64,000 bases of DNA from a virus (taxonomy: Duplodnaviria; Caudoviricetes): the IMG/VR virus record IMGVR_UViG_3300028914_000059, positions 96,001 through 160,000 of that record; one strand, written 5' to 3'. Numbering within the stretch: position 1 is the stretch's first letter; each line of letters starts with the position of its first letter. The position numbers and the translations under genes are program-made. The notes beneath the pieces were generated by a model. It saw only the letters and a program-made list of their open reading frames with translations. It had not been told where the DNA came from and did not search any database. Positions 1 through 8,610 of this stretch are shown piece by piece.

Positions 1-460
1 CCAGGAAGAACTTGGAGGTATCGCCATCAGGGGCTGGGAATACATTTCTAAAGCCTACCAAATGATCTTCGGTAGTATCGACGTGTTCGAATACCTGAGC
101 CATCTTGCCATCCCATCTTATTCTGGCAAGTGGAACCATGTCAGGCTGACCCTTAAGAAGGCTTCCGTTAGGCTTTGTCACAGATAATGTTCCTTTTCGG
201 CAATTAAATGTGACGCCTGCTGGTCCGACTACTGCTTCTACATAGTAAATGCCTGGCTCTACTGGTATCTTGCATGCGTTTATAATCTCATGCTTAATAG
301 TGGCAGAACGTGAGTTTGGAAAACTCAGTCTGCCTGGAAGTACGTTTATCCATACTCTGTCGTGAATGCGCACTCCACAACCAGAAACAACACCCGGATC
401 TCCGATCCAGGTGCTGCCTGTTAATTTATCTCTTAATAATGTGGAGACTTTAAGTGCCAT
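1..460 (-). CDS. Partial virion/tail-associated protein (runs off left end)
   Basis: ATG at 460 three nt after the stop of 464..1957; open frame MALKVSTLLRDKLTGSTWIGDPGVVSGCGVRI... to base 1; absent from the ORF track because it is truncated. Confidence 0.7.
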   Translation of the reverse strand, partial: MALKVSTLLRDKLTGSTWIGDPGVVSGCGVRIHDRVWINVLPGRLSFPNSRSATIKHEIINACKIPVEPGIYYVEAVVGPAGVTFNCRKGTLSVTKPNGSLLKGQPDMVPLARIRWDGKMAQVFEHVDTTEDHLVGFRNVFPAPDGDTSKFFL

Positions 461-463
461 GCG

Positions 464-1957
464 TTATACTCTTCTGTATTTTACCCAGAAATCGGCAGGT
501 CCGTTGCCAGACACATTGCCTTCTGAGTCAGGAGCTGGAACATTTTCCTGCAGAGTGATTACATTGCCCTGAATAGTGTAGCCTTTCTGGTGTGGACTAT
601 CCTTCATCAAGACGATACCATCAAGAATCACAGTTTCTGTTCCTTCCTTAGGCATGTCGTTCATTACAAATACCTTGTTATAACCGTCGGCTCTTCCATT
701 AGTGGTCAAGTCTTCAACCACTTCAGCAAAGCTGTCAGTTATCCAGCGCTGCATTTCAATAACCTGATGCTCGTCAGTTATGGCATAACCTAAAAACAGC
801 TTATTTACCGGAACTGGAGACAATCTTTCATAGACGGCTTCGAACAATGGGCGACCGCTGTTAGTACCTACAGCATAAATATAAGCAACGGGGCTGTCCT
901 TAATCCACAGTCGACATGCGGCATCCTGATCTTCAAGGTCTTGTGCATCAATGCCTTCGTGATCTATAGAACGAAATGTAGTAGATGTTACAAACTCATA
1001 TACCTGATTGGCATGTGGACAGGCAACGTGCAATATCTCATTGTTTCTGTAATTACCTGCTATGTCGTAACCACTTATGTATATGTCACCCTCAACGTTA
1101 TCTACTGAAGGCTGAATATAGAAGCGTAGTGTGCTTGGGTAATCAGGATCCCTGTCCAGAGTCATGTTATCACAGGCATATCTGATATTACCGGTGAACA
1201 GTCCAGTGTCTGGATGTCTGTCTCTTTCGTTATAGAGATATTCACGAGCTCTCAAAGTTGTGATGGTGTAATCTTCTTCACTGGTATTAGCAACACCGGC
1301 AAGAAAACCAGTACCTGGGCTTACTGTTACATTGAGCATGCTGGAAGACAACTGCCATCCGCTGAAAACGAAGTTGCCCAGACAGATATAAAGAGCGTTA
1401 GCTACCTGATCCATTAACTCTGTGGTTGTCATAGTTCTGGTTCTATTGAAGATATCTGCACGTCCTATAGTAGTCATGCCTGGACTTACCAGGATTTCAG
1501 CCATTGGAATGTCACCTGGTTCCATGTCACTCAGTTTTGCCTGAGGTTCACCCTGAATATATGGAGTAGGTGTGCCCTTGATAACTACATAAGATGCCGG
1601 GTTAACAGCTGGAGTAGCTCTTGTCCATGTGCCGTTGGGATTATATCTGTGGCGCATGACAATAAGATCACGTCGTGGATAGTCAGCGTCAGGATCATCT
1701 ATCTGTAAGAACTTAAGTTCTGGCCAATAGGTTGGATCATCGCCAAGCTCAACGCCTACATCTTCGGTTTCTTCTATCTTGACACCTTCATCTGTTAGAG
1801 CATAGCCTGCGGTAAGACCAACATACATAGACTGTGGTGCAGTTGGAACTATCATGAGACCATGATATAGGCCTGGGGCTACAAGTTTGGCGATGTGATC
1901 ATTATATGTTCTGGTGCTCGGAGGAGCTTTATATACGAATGTCTGTTTCTGTGCCAT
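464..1957 (-). CDS. Putative baseplate/tail structural protein
   Basis: 497 aa, AAGGAG RBS; 'PRRDLIV...VIKGTP...IPMAEILV' and 'GWQLSSSMLNVTVSPG' segments resemble phage tail-fibre/baseplate attachment modules; structural-gene context. Confidence 0.6.
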   Translation of the reverse strand: MAQKQTFVYKAPPSTRTYNDHIAKLVAPGLYHGLMIVPTAPQSMYVGLTAGYALTDEGVKIEETEDVGVELGDDPTYWPELKFLQIDDPDADYPRRDLIVMRHRYNPNGTWTRATPAVNPASYVVIKGTPTPYIQGEPQAKLSDMEPGDIPMAEILVSPGMTTIGRADIFNRTRTMTTTELMDQVANALYICLGNFVFSGWQLSSSMLNVTVSPGTGFLAGVANTSEEDYTITTLRAREYLYNERDRHPDTGLFTGNIRYACDNMTLDRDPDYPSTLRFYIQPSVDNVEGDIYISGYDIAGNYRNNEILHVACPHANQVYEFVTSTTFRSIDHEGIDAQDLEDQDAACRLWIKDSPVAYIYAVGTNSGRPLFEAVYERLSPVPVNKLFLGYAITDEHQVIEMQRWITDSFAEVVEDLTTNGRADGYNKVFVMNDMPKEGTETVILDGIVLMKDSPHQKGYTIQGNVITLQENVPAPDSEGNVSGNGPADFWVKYRRV

Positions 1958-1974
1958 GGTGTTTCTCCTTTAGA

Positions 1975-2517
1975 TTAAAACTGGATTGTCCATCTGGCGA
2001 CAAAGAAAACGCCATTATCTTTATAGCGGGGGCGAACAGTCTTTCTACAGAAAAGTCTGCCTGAGGCTGTCTTCAAACCAAATTCTGTCAAATTGCCTAT
2101 GGACTCTGTCTCTGTAATTGTAGTCACAAAAGTAGTGGCCAGAGCATTTGGATGTGATATTGAAGATATCTCTTTCTGGAACAGGGGCTGATATAAATCT
2201 AAATCTGCTCCTGTAGGTGGTTCCGGATCTGAATCCGGGTCTGGTGTTCCAATATATCCACCTGTACCTGTACAGAAATATTTAATAGGATCAGATGTGA
2301 TTCCTGGGGGCAAGGTTCCTGACATAGTTTCGTTTAAAATTTTACGTCCTTCGTCAACAACCAGATTCTGGCCCTTTTCCCTGAATAGGATCTGGGTCTT
2401 TGCGGGATCTATTAAAATATCAGACCCCATTATAATCGGATATTCGCCCTTCATATAGATGAGCTGGAGCGTGCCTCTTACTGGAACACGATCCTTGAAA
2501 TTAAATGTTTCTGACAT
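1975..2517 (-). CDS. Tail-collar/fibre-attachment-like baseplate protein
   Basis: 'NLVVDEGRK...YFCTGTG...GNLTEFGL...LFCRKT...WTIQF' pattern typical of myophage tail-collar fibre N-terminal domains. Confidence 0.65.
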   Translation of the reverse strand: MSETFNFKDRVPVRGTLQLIYMKGEYPIIMGSDILIDPAKTQILFREKGQNLVVDEGRKILNETMSGTLPPGITSDPIKYFCTGTGGYIGTPDPDSDPEPPTGADLDLYQPLFQKEISSISHPNALATTFVTTITETESIGNLTEFGLKTASGRLFCRKTVRPRYKDNGVFFVARWTIQF

Positions 2518-2550
2518 TACTTTACTCCGGAGTTTAGATATCTACAATGT

Positions 2551-2579
2551 AATATAGCTTATGGCGGGCAATATGTCAA
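2551..2579 (-). promoter_or_regulatory. Sigma70/SigA-type promoter TTGACA-N17-TATATT
   Basis: Exact -35, 17-nt spacer, upstream of 1975..2517. Confidence 0.75.
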
Positions 2580-2653
2580 TGCTACTAAATTTCTAGTAAT
2601 TTTGTGGTTATAAATATAATGTAAAGAAAAATATCTATGAAAGGAGTAATGCT

Positions 2654-2764
2654 ATGGATAAAGCATTCAAAGGTATCGCACTGATCTGCTTAGCGATCAT
2701 AAGCTTCGTAAGTAGTGCTGCACTAGGATGTCTGCTTACCATTCTAGAAAAAGAACAAAAGTAA
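2654..2764 (+). CDS. Small membrane protein (36 aa)
   Basis: AAGGAG RBS, MDKAFKGIALICLAIISFVSSAALGCLLTILEKEQK, followed by hairpin and T-run. Confidence 0.55.
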   Translation: MDKAFKGIALICLAIISFVSSAALGCLLTILEKEQK

Positions 2765-2800
2765 GCTTAATCAGGCCTGCACATAAAAGTGTAGGTCTGG

Positions 2801-2829
2801 TTAATTTTTTACATAGTACTAGGTATAAG
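2801..2829 (+). promoter_or_regulatory. Phage-type promoter TTAATT-N17-TATAAG (GGTATAAG class; 19 copies in window)
   Basis: GGTATAAG at 2822, 15677, 23732, 23939, 31794, 32113, 32481, 32788, 33872, 35785, 36289, 36854, 38710, 43039, 49991, 55452, 55596, 59498, 59950, essentially all intergenic on + strand ahead of genes or RNAs. Confidence 0.75.
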
Positions 2830-2922
2830 AATAATGTGAATGAAGAACATAGATCTTAGATCATCAGGTGTTGCCTGGGGCTAAGACAAGAATGAGTCTT
2901 CATTATACAGGAAGGACTTATT

Positions 2923-3228
2923 ATGAATAAGTTCGCTAAAATATATCTGGTTTCCTGTTTCGTTTCCTGCCTCATCTGTTTCGTTGCCTATTTTGTAATC
3001 TGGCTGTTAGGCTGCTCGGGAAATAAGATATGTAGGGCCTTCTGGAATAATATTTCTAGTCAATACCATATGAGTTTCCTAATTCTTGCCCGTCCATGGA
3101 TGACGCAGAAGGGTTATGACGAGAAAATGAAGCAACAGCAAGATAGATTTGCTGCAAGCTTCACTGAATTTCTCAAGGCCGTCGGAATTGTAGAAGCAGC
3201 CAAAAAAGAAGGCTACAAAGAAGCGTAA
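2923..3228 (+). CDS. Hypothetical membrane protein
   Basis: 101 aa, N-terminal hydrophobic helix, GGAAGG RBS. Confidence 0.65.
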   Translation: MNKFAKIYLVSCFVSCLICFVAYFVIWLLGCSGNKICRAFWNNISSQYHMSFLILARPWMTQKGYDEKMKQQQDRFAASFTEFLKAVGIVEAAKKEGYKEA

Positions 3229-3270
3229 AAAATAAACTCTCAGATTTTCTAGTCTGAGAGTTTATTTTTT
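3227..3270. terminator. Bidirectional intrinsic terminator
   Basis: AAAAATAAACTCTCAGA/TCTGAGAGTTTATTTTT inverted repeat between convergent genes. Confidence 0.8.
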
Positions 3271-3284
3271 AACTGGTAATTATT

Positions 3285-3971
3285 TTATAAGGTCATACGC
3301 CATGCCCTACGGATTTCACTAGGAGCAAGTCTTAATGGATACATAATATCGCCACCCCGGCGAAAATTTTGACTTGGGGAGAAATCATAGTACAATTCTC
3401 TAGCTTTCGACAAGGCATCCCTCTTCAAGGTATCTAGATCAGAACCCTCCAAATACGAAAATGGTACACCAGGATCAGGTGTAAGACCGCCAAATACGCT
3501 ATCCAGAAGGTGTTTACGCTTGTAATTATCACCATTATCATTCAAACCTTCAAGGTAAGATGCTAACCTTTTGCTATTATTGCCTAAATTCATGAGGTCA
3601 ACATCTCCACGTTGTCTCATTCTACCTATCTGCCCCAGAACATCGGCTACCGCTCCCCTACTGGATAACTCATCACTTAATAATGCCGCTGAAGACCCCA
3701 GTCCAGCACCAACACCACCACCTATTAATCCGCCTTTAGCTCCACCTCTCAAGCCTCCGGTAAGTCCTGCTTTAAGTCTGTTACCAAAGGTTCCAGCAGA
3801 ATTTCTATAGTTCTTGACAGCTCCAATAGTGCCGCCTAAAAGAGAACCTAAGCCAGCACCGGCTATACCTCCAGAAGTAGCTCCTCCTAAAGCAGAAAAC
3901 AGCATTCCTTTAGCTATACCGGCTAGTTTTACATTAGCTGAATTTATAATATCCTGTTCTAGTTGATTCAT
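3285..3971 (-). CDS. Glycine-zipper protein, KxA-leader family
   Basis: Leader ...NVKLA|G, GxxxG repeats; close paralogue of 4006..4695 (both end WRMTL). Confidence 0.8.
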   Translation of the reverse strand: MNQLEQDIINSANVKLAGIAKGMLFSALGGATSGGIAGAGLGSLLGGTIGAVKNYRNSAGTFGNRLKAGLTGGLRGGAKGGLIGGGVGAGLGSSAALLSDELSSRGAVADVLGQIGRMRQRGDVDLMNLGNNSKRLASYLEGLNDNGDNYKRKHLLDSVFGGLTPDPGVPFSYLEGSDLDTLKRDALSKARELYYDFSPSQNFRRGGDIMYPLRLAPSEIRRAWRMTL

Positions 3972-4005
3972 TACACTATTCTCCCTGTATTCCTGATTAA
4001 TTATT

Positions 4006-4695
4006 TTATAAAGTCATGCGCCAACTATTAATAGAACTTTTAGGAAATAATAAGGGGTACAATGCACCCGCTGGGGCAAGAATGCTCCCTTCAAAAAATG
4101 AATCCGAAAAACTATCCGAAAAACCATCAGCGGCTATTAGTTCTCTAGCTTTTCTTAAAGCATCTCTTTTTAAAATAGGTAGGCTGGGCCCTTCACCCTT
4201 AGCGCTGTTAGCAAATACATCGTCTAACAGGTGTATGTTCTTATAATTATCCCCATTACTGTTTAATCCTTGGAAATAGAACAGTAAATCCTTTGTGGGT
4301 CCATATACGTTCTTGGTATTAGCATATCCTAGATGTTTCATATTGCCTAACTCACGTAAAGCGTCAACCGCGGTCATTCTAGCATCTAATTCCTCTGTGA
4401 ACGATGGAAGTATAGATCCTAACCCTGCACCGATACCACCACCTATCAATCCACCCTTAGCTCCACCTTTCAAACCTCCGGTAAGTCCTGCTTTGACCCT
4501 GTTGCCAAAGGTTCCAGCAGAATTTCTATAGTTCTTAACGGCTCCAATAGTACTACCTAAAAGAGAGCCTAAGCCAGCACCGACTATACCTCCAGAAGTA
4601 GCTCCCCCTAAAGCATTGCCAATTATATTTTTAGCTGTTCCGGCTTGCTTTACAAAACCTGATGCTAATTCTTTACTTCTCATTGCTATTTCCAT
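4006..4695 (-). CDS. Glycine-zipper protein, KxA-leader family
   Basis: RSKELASGFVKQA|G leader then two glycine zippers. Confidence 0.8.
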   Translation of the reverse strand: MEIAMRSKELASGFVKQAGTAKNIIGNALGGATSGGIVGAGLGSLLGSTIGAVKNYRNSAGTFGNRVKAGLTGGLKGGAKGGLIGGGIGAGLGSILPSFTEELDARMTAVDALRELGNMKHLGYANTKNVYGPTKDLLFYFQGLNSNGDNYKNIHLLDDVFANSAKGEGPSLPILKRDALRKARELIAADGFSDSFSDSFFEGSILAPAGALYPLLFPKSSINSWRMTL

Positions 4696-4712
4696 AAACC
4701 ACTAGTATCTCC

Positions 4713-5312
4713 TTATATAAATATCTTAACAAAGTCATTGGCATTACTAATAAAATCTGGTGCTGTACCTATAGCAGCTCTAAGCACTGGGCTACCCACA
4801 TTATAAATACCATTTCCAACGCCATCTAAGAAACTAAGACCTTTATATCCGACTTTATCAGCTATTGCTTGGGCAATTCTCAACTCTTTACCCTGTAACT
4901 TATCCAAGGGCAGCACAGAGTTAATCGCCTTAGTTACATGAGGGATCGGGCCATATGCTGCGCCAGCAACACCACCAATACCAGAACCAGCTAGAGCACC
5001 GTTGCCAAAATCCCGGGCCATAGCTTTCAGCCTATCTGCAGCTGTAACTTTAGGACCAAACAACTTATCATGCAATATAGATAAGCCTACTTTCAGCTTG
5101 GACTTTTCCCCTTTAGTTGCGGCCATAACATCAGGAATATAAGATCTGTTTATCAAACCCCTGGCAGTATTTATAGTGCCACCAAGCAAACCGCCCATAA
5201 GAGCACCTGTGGCACCACCACCAGCCATTTCACCTAGAAGGGCTTTGTAATTTATACCTGCACTTTTAACAAAAGTACAAGCCAATTGAGTGCTTTTATC
5301 TTTAATATTCAT
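4713..5312 (-). CDS. Glycine-zipper protein, KxA-leader family
   Basis: KSTQLACTFVKSA|G leader, GxxxG repeats. Confidence 0.8.
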   Translation of the reverse strand: MNIKDKSTQLACTFVKSAGINYKALLGEMAGGGATGALMGGLLGGTINTARGLINRSYIPDVMAATKGEKSKLKVGLSILHDKLFGPKVTAADRLKAMARDFGNGALAGSGIGGVAGAAYGPIPHVTKAINSVLPLDKLQGKELRIAQAIADKVGYKGLSFLDGVGNGIYNVGSPVLRAAIGTAPDFISNANDFVKIFI

Positions 5313-5342
5313 AATATTTTGCTACCCTCTATTACATGTAAA

Positions 5343-5975
5343 TTAAAACGGCTTAGTTCTTGGCCTTCCCAATAACCGAGCAAGAGTCCCGGCAGGAGTT
5401 AAAAGGCCGCTTGCAAAACTACTCTTCAGTACAGAATCAACTAATGAGCTATCCTCAGAATGCCTGAGCAAGCTGGCAACTTCACCTTTCTGAAGGCCAT
5501 CTAGGCCTAACGGTAATATCTTATCAGTGATAAAGTCTTGAGCTCCTTTAGGCATCGACCACCATTGAATATCAGAAATGGAGCTGTTGGGTCTTGCTAA
5601 GTGCTTTAAAATCTCGCTGGAATCCTCAAAAAGCCGTCGCCTTGCGCCATTTGCTAACGAACCAATACCGTAAGGTACTTGTGATGCACCTAACCCAGCA
5701 CCTACACCTGTACCTATAAGGCCGCCTTTTAGTCCACCCTTAGTGCCCCCACGTAATGCTGCCTTAAGCTTATTGCCTAAACCTGGATCAGCGGCTATGA
5801 CAGAGCTTACAGCTCCCTTGAGTCCGCCTATCCCAGAGCCTATGAGACCACCTAGTATTCCACCAGAAGTAGCACCACCTAAATATGTATTCAAAGGCTG
5901 ATTCCAATTTACTGCAGCCTGTTTGACAAAACCTGACGCTAATTCTTTACTTCTATTTTCAATATTCAAAGTCAT
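5343..5975 (-). CDS. Glycine-zipper protein, KxA-leader family
   Basis: NIENRSKELASGFVKQA|A leader, GxxxG repeats. Confidence 0.8.
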   Translation of the reverse strand: MTLNIENRSKELASGFVKQAAVNWNQPLNTYLGGATSGGILGGLIGSGIGGLKGAVSSVIAADPGLGNKLKAALRGGTKGGLKGGLIGTGVGAGLGASQVPYGIGSLANGARRRLFEDSSEILKHLARPNSSISDIQWWSMPKGAQDFITDKILPLGLDGLQKGEVASLLRHSEDSSLVDSVLKSSFASGLLTPAGTLARLLGRPRTKPF

Positions 5976-6000
5976 AATAACTCTCCTTAATTAGTATATA

Positions 6001-6600
6001 TTACCATAAACCGTTTGGAAATAAAGGATTCTTAGTTTGTAATGGAAGTGTTCCATATCTAATATGATTTAAGGGTGTGTTAAGACCTGCAGTAAAAGAT
6101 GGAATAATATCACCACGTAGCCTTCCTATAGAATCAGTATACTGTTTTCTAGCTTTTGCAACAGCTTCTGGGCCACCCATGATAGCTCCCATAGAAGACT
6201 CGTCCAGTAGAGATCTGGAAAGTTCCAACGCAGCTATATTAGAACTTTTACCACCTGGCGATTTGGCAAAAATTCTTTCAGCATTGATTGCATCCACTAA
6301 ATTAGATAACCCCCCTATACCAGCACCTATTTCGGCTCCGGTAAGACCGGTTCTCAAACTACCTTTAGCACCGCTGCTCAATCCAGCCTTTAATCTCTGA
6401 GCCAAACTACCTTCTGCCGATCTATACCCTTTAATAGCATCCTTAATACCGCCGATACCCATGCCAATACTGCCACCGATAGCTGCACCACTGGCTGCTC
6501 CCCCTAAGGAATTGGCCACGACACCTTTTATATCTGACAGTAATCCGGCGGACTTTACGAAACCAGTTGCTAACTGCTTACTTCTATTTTCAATATTCAT
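6001..6600 (-). CDS. Glycine-zipper protein, KxA-leader family
   Basis: NIENRSKQLATGFVKSA|G leader, GxxxG repeats. Confidence 0.8.
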   Translation of the reverse strand: MNIENRSKQLATGFVKSAGLLSDIKGVVANSLGGAASGAAIGGSIGMGIGGIKDAIKGYRSAEGSLAQRLKAGLSSGAKGSLRTGLTGAEIGAGIGGLSNLVDAINAERIFAKSPGGKSSNIAALELSRSLLDESSMGAIMGGPEAVAKARKQYTDSIGRLRGDIIPSFTAGLNTPLNHIRYGTLPLQTKNPLFPNGLW

Positions 6601-7460
6601 GGTTTAAAAATTCTCCCATCTAATTCCTTCAAATAGTGTCTCATATCTTTGATTGGAGACATTTTCATATTAGACATAAATTGATCCATCAGTTCTGGAG
6701 TTCTATAAGAACTAGCAAAAGTGCCCTTTAGCTTTCTCTTAAATAAGCGATCCCCAGCACGTAAGCCAAGACCAAACTTGATCCCGCTGGGTAATGTACC
6801 TGGAGGAGGCGGTACCAGACTTTCATACATATCACGAACAGCAGACATCATAGCTAAATTCTGTTGCTTAGTGTCTGCCTGCATAAAAGTATCATTCATA
6901 AGTGCTTTGTATCTAGCTTTAAGATCTGCTGCTAAACTATCAGAGATGCTACCTCCGTGAAATTTATCTTCAGCGGCGTTGGCCATAGCTCTCGCAAGGT
7001 TGACAAACTCCTGCGCTTTCTGACTGGCAACATCTGTTATTCCTTGTATTCTCATAGGCTCAGCCCTATATCTTAATGCAGCACTAACTACTGGACTCAA
7101 TGGAGAAGTTGCTGCTCCTATGCCAGCGCCTACACCTGCACCCTTTAATGCATCTATAGAACCACGCCTCAGTGCACCCACTACCTTATCTTCAAAACTG
7201 GCTGGGACTACCTGTTCAGGAATCCACAGATTCCTAGGCTTAATAGTAGTCTTAGCAGCTGCATCGCGCCAACCTTTAATAGCGCCACGAGTTCCATTAA
7301 TACCAGCGCCTATCAAGGCACCTATCCCGGCATTGCGGGGTAAGGCTGCTAATGAGTCTTTGGCCCAGTTAGTCTTAAGAGCGTTTAGTATCTCTAACTT
7401 TTTATCAGCTACAGCCTTATCTGTATATTCAATAAGAGCATCTTTAAATGGATTAGCCAT
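6597..7460 (-). CDS. Glycine-zipper protein (MxNPF start, no obvious KxA leader)
   Basis: AGIGALIGAGING and GAGVGAGIGAA zippers; in the same operon. Confidence 0.75.
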   Translation of the reverse strand: MANPFKDALIEYTDKAVADKKLEILNALKTNWAKDSLAALPRNAGIGALIGAGINGTRGAIKGWRDAAAKTTIKPRNLWIPEQVVPASFEDKVVGALRRGSIDALKGAGVGAGIGAATSPLSPVVSAALRYRAEPMRIQGITDVASQKAQEFVNLARAMANAAEDKFHGGSISDSLAADLKARYKALMNDTFMQADTKQQNLAMMSAVRDMYESLVPPPPGTLPSGIKFGLGLRAGDRLFKRKLKGTFASSYRTPELMDQFMSNMKMSPIKDMRHYLKELDGRIFKP

Positions 7461-7462
7461 AT

Positions 7463-8380
7463 TTAGTAACCACCTTTAAGCTTCTTAGATACATAATACC
7501 AAGGATTGGAATCTCCAGACTGTAAATCACCCCAGATATTATAGAGCGAGGGGTTATTTAACTTCAAAGAATCATGCCCGGATAAACTACTATTTATAAA
7601 ATTAACTCGTTCTTTAACTTTATCCCTAAGAGTAGTGTTAAAATTATCAATATCATCAAGAAATCTCTTGCCGCGCTCCTTACCAGCCCTATAAATATCT
7701 GGATCTGGCGGATTATCTATATGCAAACTGTTAGAAAATCTAAGTTCCGGAACAGTTAAGTGTCCATCTCCAATAACGCCTTTGGTGACAGCTGACAATA
7801 GCTTCTCTTTCCTTCGATTAACCAAATATTCTGGAATGTCTCTAAACATATGGCCATCATTTTTTATTCCTTTAAGTTTCTGCAAAAGATTACTATTATA
7901 ATTACCCAGAGCCCTGTCGGCATAGCTTAAACCTGCGCCGAGCCCACCTCCAACAGCACCGCCAATAAGACTATTTTTCCCATAAGTTCCAATGTTATCT
8001 TTAAAATACTGTTTAATATTATTTCTATTAATTTTTCCAGCGTGCATGTCTCCACGCAATTTTGCCATTGCTGGAAATAGAGCACCTATGCCAGCACCAA
8101 TGGCTGTAGCCTTAGCGCTTGGAGCTACACTTTTCATAGCATCAAACAACCTGGCTCTATTTTCCGGAGAAGCTAACATTTCTCCCATATACTGTAGCCC
8201 AGATGACACATTAAGTTTATCCCCGAGACCAGAGATTGTCTTGTTCTGTAAAAGATTAAACAAATTGGAATTAGCTATAGGACTAGCTACAGCATTACTA
8301 AGTCTTGTAAGACTAGACAAAACACCTGCTGTCTTAACAAATCCTATGGCTAATGTTTTACTTCTATTTTCAATATCCAC
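7463..8380 (-). CDS. Glycine-zipper protein, KxA-leader family
   Basis: Probable GTG start at 8380 (AAGGAG RBS) giving MDIENRSKTLAIGFVKTA|G; ORF track starts it at 8410. Confidence 0.75.
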   Translation of the reverse strand: MDIENRSKTLAIGFVKTAGVLSSLTRLSNAVASPIANSNLFNLLQNKTISGLGDKLNVSSGLQYMGEMLASPENRARLFDAMKSVAPSAKATAIGAGIGALFPAMAKLRGDMHAGKINRNNIKQYFKDNIGTYGKNSLIGGAVGGGLGAGLSYADRALGNYNSNLLQKLKGIKNDGHMFRDIPEYLVNRRKEKLLSAVTKGVIGDGHLTVPELRFSNSLHIDNPPDPDIYRAGKERGKRFLDDIDNFNTTLRDKVKERVNFINSSLSGHDSLKLNNPSLYNIWGDLQSGDSNPWYYVSKKLKGGY

Positions 8381-8393
8381 GTTATTCTCCTTG

Positions 8394-8606
8394 TTATAAC
8401 CCATTAACACTATCTGCCATACTCTTTAACAGTGGTAGCTTTATTCTATTATAAAAAGTATCCAGGTCATCATTATTATCATACGCGTTTCTTATCTCAG
8501 GGGCAATGTTCTGAATGAGTGAAGAACCACCCTGATTTACAACCTGTAGTAATTTTTTGTAGAAGGTCTGTGCCTTATTTCTTGCTAAATCTTCTATGCT
8601 AGCCAT
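8394..8606 (-). CDS. Hypothetical protein
   Basis: 70 aa, tightly packed between tail fibre and the glycine-zipper array. Confidence 0.6.
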   Translation of the reverse strand: MASIEDLARNKAQTFYKKLLQVVNQGGSSLIQNIAPEIRNAYDNNDDLDTFYNRIKLPLLKSMADSVNGL

Positions 8607-8610
8607 AATA

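Noticed and set aside
3285-8380. Double-glycine bacteriocin/microcin precursor cluster
   Set aside because: Leaders end KxA not GG/GA, products are 200-300 aa, no C39 peptidase/ABC exporter or immunity genes in window; operon is with virion genes
3571-8399. + strand Pro-rich ORFs (3571, 4016, 4295, 6077, 6721, 7120, 7992)
   Set aside because: Antisense shadows of Gly-rich genes; no RBS
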